Origin: Candidatus Latescibacterota bacterium
Lineage (GTDB): Bacteria; Latescibacterota; UBA2968
Reading direction: 5' to 3'
DNA length: 64,000 nucleotides
Assembly: GCA_965198115.1 (NCBI GenBank)
Contig: OZ240241.1
Location: 992,001-1,056,000, forward strand
Both the position numbers and the translations under genes were made by a program. The notes under the pieces are model-generated. The model had not been told where the DNA came from and did no database searches. It was given only the letters and a program-made list of their open reading frames with translations. Below are positions 57,417-64,000 of this stretch, piece by piece. Within the stretch, counting starts at the first letter, position 1. The number at the start of each line of letters is the position of its first letter.

Positions 57417-57459
57417 GTTATAGCCATAAATGGTTGTCCTGGAGCTTATTGAGACAAGA

Positions 57460-57816
57460 TTAGGGAGGGATTAGACGCTGGGAAAGGTCTTTGACGTCGC
57501 TTGCCGAAAAGGGCTTTTGGAGAAAGCCAGCCACACCCAGTTTCTCCAGCTCTTCCACCAGATCTTCCGTGAGGTGGGCAGAAACGGCGACGACCGGGCT
57601 GGTGACCTCGTTCCGAAGCACGGCAATGGTGTCTACGCCGTCCATTTTGTCCATCACCATATCGACCAAAACGAGGTCGAAGGTCTCAGAATGGGTCAAT
57701 TTCAGGGCCTCCACCCCGTTGGCAGCCTCGAAAACCGTGTGGCCCTCCCTCTCGAACAAGCGTGTCAGAACCCGGCGGACGTCGGGCTCATCGTCGATGA
57801 CCAATATGCAAGCCAA
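57460..57816 (-). CDS. Stand-alone response-regulator receiver (CheY-like)
   Basis: AAGGAG RBS; ILVIDDE, DLVLVDMVM..MDG, KPF. Confidence 0.92.
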   Translation of the reverse strand: MACILVIDDEPDVRRVLTRLFEREGHTVFEAANGVEALKLTHSETFDLVLVDMVMDKMDGVDTIAVLRNEVTSPVVAVSAHLTEDLVEELEKLGVAGFLQKPFSASDVKDLSQRLIPP

Positions 57817-58028
57817 ATAAGGTCTCCTTCTGCCCTGATAAACTGCTTGGATACCGGAGATTCGTCCGTATCATAAGCTTCCAAGGTGCATTTTGAAACG
57901 ATTATGTGCCCAAAACCCACGATACAATTGGGTTGACACGCCATATGGGATTCCATAGACTTAGGCAAGTGTAGAATTAATAAGCAGTTTCGTGTATTCC
58001 CACGGCTTCACCAGGCGTTGGGTCCCCA

Positions 58029-60006
58029 ATGTTATTTGGTAACCTATTCAAGAACGACAAACGGATTTCCGTCGGGCGTGGTCGAAAGCGCAAGCTGACG
58101 ATCAAGGATGTGATCGAGAACCTCGATGGCCTTGACCTGACGACGGCCAACTGTACCCTCATCAGGGACCACCTCGGCAACGACAAAGTCGAGGACTACG
58201 GGGATGTCGATGTCTATCGCGTGAACGACGAACAGCTGTTTGTCGTTGACAACGGCTTCTTCATCACGACGCCGAGCGGAATGAAGCTCGAGTCCTCCGT
58301 CCGTGATGAAGACGTTGCCGAAATCGTTTCAGAAGAGGAAGATCGGCCCGAGGCCGCAGCTGGTGATGAAGATGACATCGATCCGGACTCGATGACGGAC
58401 GACGACGAGGACGAAGAGGCGGGCGACGCTTTCAGTGGTGGTGGAGGGCGGCGTAAGCGACGTCGGCAAGAGCCCGAACCCCCCGAAGAGCAGGCCCTCG
58501 GAATCGGACAGGTCATTCGGCTTCGCTTTTTCTTCCGACGCATTCCCTACGAAATCGATTGCCAGATCCTCGATCGTTTCAATCCCACGCGATATCGCAA
58601 CGTCGACCTCACGCCCAAGTGGGGTGTAGGCTATCGGGTTCGCCCCCTGAGCGACGCCCGAAAGCGCGATCAGCGGCGCTATGTCCGCTACACGCATCGT
58701 CTGGGCTTCGGTCATCTTCGTTTGAGAAGCGAGATCCAGTTCAACGTCTTCGCCCACAAGACCAATCTCGAAATCCCGGAAAAGGGCGCTCTAAAGCAAA
58801 CGATCTCGGACGAGGACTTCGAGGTTAGTCCATTCGGCAAGCAGGACGTCGACGAACTGAAGGACGCAGATCGCATCGAAGACATCGTCGAGTTCTTCAT
58901 GGCTTGCATGGTTCAGAATCCGACAGAGCGTCGCCACATCTACGCCAGCAAAGCGTATCTGGACAGGCTCAACCGATCGAGTCTGGAGGGACTGGGCTAT
59001 TTCAATGTCGTCGGTGCCCAGCAGACGACGGTTCTTCCCAAAATCTTCGTAAAGCGGCAGGCCAAGGGCGAGAGTGTACTCGACAAGCAGCTTGCGGGGA
59101 AGAGCCACGCCAAGCGCGACGCCAGGAAGATGCGCGCGATCGAAGAGATGTACGATCGGTTTCAGATGCTCACACGCGAGCACTATCTGGCAGCAGCGGA
59201 GGATGGGAAAGTCGGTCGTCGGCGATTTCCAAAACGACATCGTGCTCGTCGGGTTCTCGTCTCCCCACGGTCTTCAGGCCGAAGATCACGCAACCTCGCG
59301 CCAGCTCGTCATGCCCGCCGAGGTGACGGACATCGGCGTGGAAAACATCACGCTCAAACCTACGGCGTTCGAAGATGCCAGGTCCCGCGAATTAGAGATC
59401 AAAGAATTCGTTCGCCAGGACGATGGGTTTCAGATCGATTTGCTGAATTTCAGCGTCGGAGGCACCCAGCTGCGGGGGGCAGAAACGGCCGAAGGATGCG
59501 AGGCGTTCCTGCAATACCTGATCGGGGATGGGGCCGAGGACATGCCGCTGGCCGAACGGGTCGAGGCGCTGCAAAAGCAGGCCATCCTGCTGAACCTCTA
59601 CCCTGTGTTGAATTTCACGCGTGCCCAGATTTCCGACTACAAACCCTACTTACCCTACCGGATTCCGGTGATCGCACGTGTCGCTCGTTTTTCGACTGAA
59701 CGAGCGAAGGAGAACGAAGAGCCGACGATTGCATCGCTGGGGTTGGAATTCATCTACAACCCGATCCACGACAGCTATTCTCGGGACATCAACGAATTCG
59801 ATCAGTGGGAGCAGGTCACGCCGTATACCGAGAGTCAGAACTTTATCGAAATTCACAAGTCCCTTCAGCTTCTGTTCGGGTTCGACCGGGCGCTCGACGA
59901 AAGTCTCAGAGAAGACAGGAGCAGCACCAAACAGAAAGAAGTCATCGACGAGGACGAGGAGTCCGCCGAGCCCGCCGAGGAGGAGGCGCCCGCCAAAGCC
60001 GAATGA
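58029..60006 (+). pseudogene. Acidic hypothetical protein with split PilZ-like motifs; one frameshift near 59180
   Basis: RDQRRYVR and DLLNFSVGG motifs; two overlapping ORFs. Confidence 0.6.
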
Positions 60007-60166
60007 GCGGGACACCGGTCTGCATCGGGGGGTACGGGACTTTCCGTGCGCCCCGATTTGTGTTGGTGCCCATCGATAAGGCGGTTCGTTGACAGCTGCT
60101 GGGGCTTAACCTAAGATGAACTTTCTAGGTGCGCTGGACGGCCAGACGCCATAGGCGAGACAGCCG

Positions 60167-60517
60167 ATGAATCAGGAAAAGATCGACTACACCGAAGACG
60201 ACAGGATCCTGGCGCAGCTCGAAGATCCGACCGATATCGAGGCGTTTACCAACCTGATGGAGAACGCCCATCGGGAAGGGCTGAGCGCGGCCGATCTGAT
60301 CCGCGAGGAGCCCAAACGGACGTCTCGAAGCGCCATTCGATGCATCTGTTTGAAGGATCGAAAACGGTCGATTCGGGCCATGGTGTCGGCCGTCGTCAGA
60401 TCGATGTGGGACAGGCCTGTTCAGAACCCCGAAGATGCGCTCGTACAGGGCCTGTTCGGTGCAACGACACGCCCACCCCGCTTCCGCGAGAACAAGAAGA
60501 ACGGTGGGGAATCCTGA
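60167..60517 (+). CDS. Hypothetical protein
   Basis: 116-aa ORF whose stop overlaps the next ATG. Confidence 0.55.
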   Translation: MNQEKIDYTEDDRILAQLEDPTDIEAFTNLMENAHREGLSAADLIREEPKRTSRSAIRCICLKDRKRSIRAMVSAVVRSMWDRPVQNPEDALVQGLFGATTRPPRFRENKKNGGES

Positions 60518-60690
60518 TGCTCCAAAGTCAGCTCCTCAGGGCCCACATAAACGAAATCGAAGAGCTGATCAGTAACCTACTTCCCGCCGCGAAGGCAGGG
60601 TGCACATCCTCCCGCGATCAGGTTGTCTCTCTCCAAAAGCAGGTCTTCGCCAAGCGGCGACGACTGCGTGCTCTCCCCGACGAAGGCTGA
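60517..60690 (+). CDS. 57-aa helical hypothetical protein
   Basis: TGATG coupling; MLQSQLLRAHINEIEELISNLL.. Confidence 0.5.
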   Translation: MLQSQLLRAHINEIEELISNLLPAAKAGCTSSRDQVVSLQKQVFAKRRRLRALPDEG

Positions 60691-60738
60691 CCGGGGCCCC
60701 AAACGACCGAATCCACACCCGACTCTGCCGATAAGCGG

Positions 60739-61140
60739 ATGCTGGGCATCGACTACGGCAGGCGTCGCATCGGTGTCGCGATCAGCGATGCGCTCGGCGT
60801 GACTGCCCAGGCGCTCACGACCCTCGACGTGAAGGGTCGCCGCGATGCGTGCCGGCAGATCGCCGACCTCGTGGAATCGAACAAGGTGGGCACGATCGTC
60901 GTGGGACTCCCGCTGAACATGGATGGTTCCCGGAGCGAAATGGTCGACGAAGTTGAACAACTGGCCTCGCGGCTGACGGCAAGCACGGGTTGTCCCGTCG
61001 TGTTCTGGGATGAGAGGATGACCAGCCAGGCGGCTACACGGGCCATTCAGGCTTCCGGACGCAGGGCACCCCGTGGTTCGGTCGACCGAATCGCTGCTTG
61101 CCTGATTCTCGAAGGTTACCTGAACACCAGACGGCCGTGA
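60739..61140 (+). CDS. ruvX: YqgF/RuvX pre-16S rRNA nuclease
   Basis: LGIDYGRRRIGVAISD, VVGLPLNMDGS, WDERMTS, VDRIAACLIL. Confidence 0.96.
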   Translation: MLGIDYGRRRIGVAISDALGVTAQALTTLDVKGRRDACRQIADLVESNKVGTIVVGLPLNMDGSRSEMVDEVEQLASRLTASTGCPVVFWDERMTSQAATRAIQASGRRAPRGSVDRIAACLILEGYLNTRRP

Positions 61141-62189
61141 ACGAACTTCCCAGACGCGTGACCGAATGGATCCGCACACGCTTGCTCGTGGTCGTCGTCA
61201 CGGCTACGACCTGCGTCGGCATCGGCTTTGGCGTCACCCTTTCCTTCTACCTTTTGAATCGTCCGACGGGCATTCCGCCCCGGATCGTGGTCGTTCAGGC
61301 GGGGGCGTCGGTCCATTCGATCGCTACCCAGCTTAAGGAAGAACGCCTGATCCGAAGCCCACGGTTTTTCCGCGTGCTCTCGATCATCGGCTCAATCAGC
61401 ACGGAACTCACGGCCGGACCCCACCCTCTCCACGGCCGAATGACTACCTGGGACATCCTCCAGGAACTCCGGATTCCACGCGACGAATCGATCAGCGTGA
61501 CCATCCCGGAAGGGCTTCGTAAGTCATCGACGTTCGAGATTCTTGCTCGCGCCCTTGATCTCGATACGGACACGTTCGAACGGTTGGCTTCAGATTCGCG
61601 GTTTTGCCAGGATCTCGGGATCGACTTGGCCGATCTGGAGGGCTATCTCTTTCCCGAAACCTACCGGCTCTCACGTTTTGCGTCAGAGGAGCAAGTACTC
61701 CGAATCTTGGTGACGCACTTTCACAAGGCCTACGAGGGCGATGTGGCAGAAGAAGGCGAGGGTCGTGGGATGACGAGGCACGAAGTCGTGACGATGGCTT
61801 CGATCATCGAGGAGGAAACACGCGTGGCCGAAGAACGCCCGATCGTGTCTGCCGTCTACCACAACCGGCTGCGCCGACGGATGCGTCTTCAAGCCGACCC
61901 GACGGTGCAGTTCGCACTGCCTGACGGGCCACGTCGACTGTTCAACAAGGACTACGCATATCCCTCGCCTTATAACACCTACCTGCACGGTGGTTTGCCA
62001 CCCGGGCCCATCGGCAGCCCGGGCAAGGCGGCGCTCGAGGCGGCCGTGGCTCCGGCCGATGTGAACTACCTCTACTTCGTAGCCAAGGGCGACGGCTCCC
62101 ACATTTTTACACGAACGCCACGGGAACACGAGGCAGCCAAGCGTCTGACGCGTGATTCTCGTCGAAAAACCTGGAGAAAGCCCAAGTAA
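61137..62189 (+). CDS. mltG: Endolytic transglycosylase MltG
   Basis: TIPEG, LEGYLFPETY, ASIIEEE, LQADPTV, SPYNTY..GLPPGPI, YLYFVA. Confidence 0.96.
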   Translation: MNELPRRVTEWIRTRLLVVVVTATTCVGIGFGVTLSFYLLNRPTGIPPRIVVVQAGASVHSIATQLKEERLIRSPRFFRVLSIIGSISTELTAGPHPLHGRMTTWDILQELRIPRDESISVTIPEGLRKSSTFEILARALDLDTDTFERLASDSRFCQDLGIDLADLEGYLFPETYRLSRFASEEQVLRILVTHFHKAYEGDVAEEGEGRGMTRHEVVTMASIIEEETRVAEERPIVSAVYHNRLRRRMRLQADPTVQFALPDGPRRLFNKDYAYPSPYNTYLHGGLPPGPIGSPGKAALEAAVAPADVNYLYFVAKGDGSHIFTRTPREHEAAKRLTRDSRRKTWRKPK

Positions 62190-62190
62190 C

Positions 62191-64000
62191 GTGTCGACCG
62201 TTTTAGAATCGACTTCCGTCCTCGCCGGCCTGAACGAGCCTCAACTCGAGGCGGTCGAAGTGATTGACGGTCCTCTCCTGATCCTCGCGGGGGCGGGATC
62301 GGGGAAGACGCGCGTACTCACGCGTCGCATTGCTTATCTCATCGGCGAGATCGGTGTGCCCCCGTGGCGCATTCTGGCAATGACGTTCACGAACAAGGCG
62401 GCCGGCGAGATGCGGGATCGCGTCGAGGAGCTGCTCGATCGTCCGAGTCGGGGAATGTGGATCGGCACGTTTCACTCGATCTGCGCCCGGCTGTTGCGGG
62501 TCGAACACGAAGGAGCCGGGCTAGGTGCGAATTTCTCCATCTACGACACCACGGACCAGCTTGCCGTCGTGAGGAAAGTGCTCAAAGCGCGCGGCGTGTC
62601 GGACAAGACCTATCCGCCCAAGCAGGTGCTCGGGCGGATAGGCCAGGCTAAAAACCAGATGTCCGATCCCGACGGGTTTCTTCGGACCGCCGACGGATTC
62701 TACGAACAGCAGATTGCCAACCTTTACCGCGCCTACCAGGCCGAGCTCGACGACGCGAACGCGGTCGACTTCGACGATCTGCTGATGAAGAGCGTCCGTT
62801 TGCTGGCCGACAACGAAGCGGTGCTGGGGAAGTACCAGGAGCGATTTCAGTATATCCTGATCGACGAATACCAGGACACCAACCGCCCGCAGTATCTCCT
62901 CACGCGCCATCTGGCAGAGACGCACCAGAATCTGTGCGTCGTCGGCGACGACGACCAGAGCATCTACGCCTGGCGCGGCGCCGACATCCGAAACATTCTC
63001 GATTTCGAACAGGACTATCCCAAAACGACCGTCATCCGGCTCGAACAGAACTATCGCTCGACCCAGACAATCCTCGACGCAGGCAATGCGGTCATTGCTC
63101 ACAACCTGGATCGAAAAGGAAAACAGCTCTGGACCGACCGGCAGGGAGGCGAGCCGATTCGGCTTCGACGTACGTTCGACGAGCAGGACGAGGCCCGTTG
63201 GCTGGTGACGACGATCCAGGAGCTGAAGGGCGTGGGGAACCTGGCCTTACGCGACCAGGCCATTCTCTACCGAACGAACGCTCAGTCACGGGCCATCGAG
63301 GAACAACTCGTTCGGGCAAATGTCCCCTACGTCATCGTCGGGGACGTCAAGTTTTACGAGCGTCGCGAAATCAAGGACGTGCTCGGCTATCTCCGGCTGA
63401 TCGACAACCCGCGCGACACGGTCTGTCTGACTCGGGTGATCAACACGCCACGCCGAGGCATCGGGGACACCTCCTTCAATCGGATGATGGACTTTGCCGC
63501 CGCCTCGGGCGCCGCCCCCTATGGAGTGCTGGCGCGGGCGAGCGACATACCCGACCTCAGTCGTGCGGCAGCATCGAAGATGAAGGCCTTCCACGCGATG
63601 GTTGAACGGTTTCGGACTCGTTCGAGCGAAATCGATGCAGCCACGTTGGCCGTCGAAGTCCTGAAGGAGGCGGACTACGCACAAAGTCTGGGCGCCGTGG
63701 GTGTGGCCGAGGCGGATGGCCGGCGCGAGAACGTAGAGGAGTTGCTGGCCAACATCGAAGGGTTCGTCGACCGGGCGGAAGACACGTCGATAGGCGCTTT
63801 CCTCCGGGAGGTGTCGTTAATGACCGATGTCGACGAATGGGACGATCGGTCCGACGCGGTGACACTGATGACCCTCCACAGCGCCAAGGGTCTCGAATTC
63901 GGGGCGATTTACATCACCGGTATGGAGGAGGGACTGTTCCCGATCGTGCGCGCGTGGGAAGAGGAGGACGAGGACGGCACGGAGGAAGAGCGCCGGCTGT
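62191..64000 (+). CDS. pcrA: UvrD/PcrA DNA helicase (runs off window end)
   Basis: GLNEPQ, AGAGSGKTRV, TFTNKAA, DEYQD, VGDDDQSIY, LEQNYRST, LMTLHSAKGLEF. Confidence 0.95.
   Translation, partial: MSTVLESTSVLAGLNEPQLEAVEVIDGPLLILAGAGSGKTRVLTRRIAYLIGEIGVPPWRILAMTFTNKAAGEMRDRVEELLDRPSRGMWIGTFHSICARLLRVEHEGAGLGANFSIYDTTDQLAVVRKVLKARGVSDKTYPPKQVLGRIGQAKNQMSDPDGFLRTADGFYEQQIANLYRAYQAELDDANAVDFDDLLMKSVRLLADNEAVLGKYQERFQYILIDEYQDTNRPQYLLTRHLAETHQNLCVVGDDDQSIYAWRGADIRNILDFEQDYPKTTVIRLEQNYRSTQTILDAGNAVIAHNLDRKGKQLWTDRQGGEPIRLRRTFDEQDEARWLVTTIQELKGVGNLALRDQAILYRTNAQSRAIEEQLVRANVPYVIVGDVKFYERREIKDVLGYLRLIDNPRDTVCLTRVINTPRRGIGDTSFNRMMDFAAASGAAPYGVLARASDIPDLSRAAASKMKAFHAMVERFRTRSSEIDAATLAVEVLKEADYAQSLGAVGVAEADGRRENVEELLANIEGFVDRAEDTSIGAFLREVSLMTDVDEWDDRSDAVTLMTLHSAKGLEFGAIYITGMEEGLFPIVRAWEEEDEDGTEEERRL

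Noticed and set aside
62203-63887. Listed ORFs overlapping pcrA, and similar antisense/shadow ORFs over IS and enzyme genes
   Set aside because: Shadows of GC-rich coding frames with no motifs; the true helicase frame lacks a stop in the window, so it is missing from the track.

Overview
GC-rich bacterial chromosome segment. An FCB-group/Latescibacterota-like host is inferred from the C-terminal paired DFDGDG..GF.DFL dockerin-like module and the aspS-lipoprotein-LysM-phoH order. The left ~30 kb starts at tRNA-Pro(GGG) and ends near an orphan 3' half of tRNA-Pro(CGG) that looks like an att site. It is a degraded mosaic of three ISL3 copies, IS256 (one complete, two partial), IS1380 (one complete, one partial), an IS21 scrap, an excisionase, defence-type remnants (DUF499 ATPase, NACHT-like, HicA) and many abutting gene fragments (aspS, phoH, TonB receptor, solA, CocE, ABC transporter, HD-GYP). 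The right half holds a giant 13xPPC/cohesin/dockerin surface protein broken by a fourth ISL3, catabolic enzymes, a ClC channel, an IS630 inside a REP, and ruvX-mltG-pcrA. Two unexplained structures stand out. (1) An 802-bp transposase-less TGT...ACA element with a 7-bp TSD inside the ClC gene, whose cargo looks like a phage cos packaging site plus the start of a small terminase gene. (2) Two diverged ~190-bp units, each a CRISPR-leader-like segment plus one 37-nt repeat ending ATTGAAAC and followed by unique sequence, with no cas genes in the window. Family calls come from motif recognition only; no searches were run.
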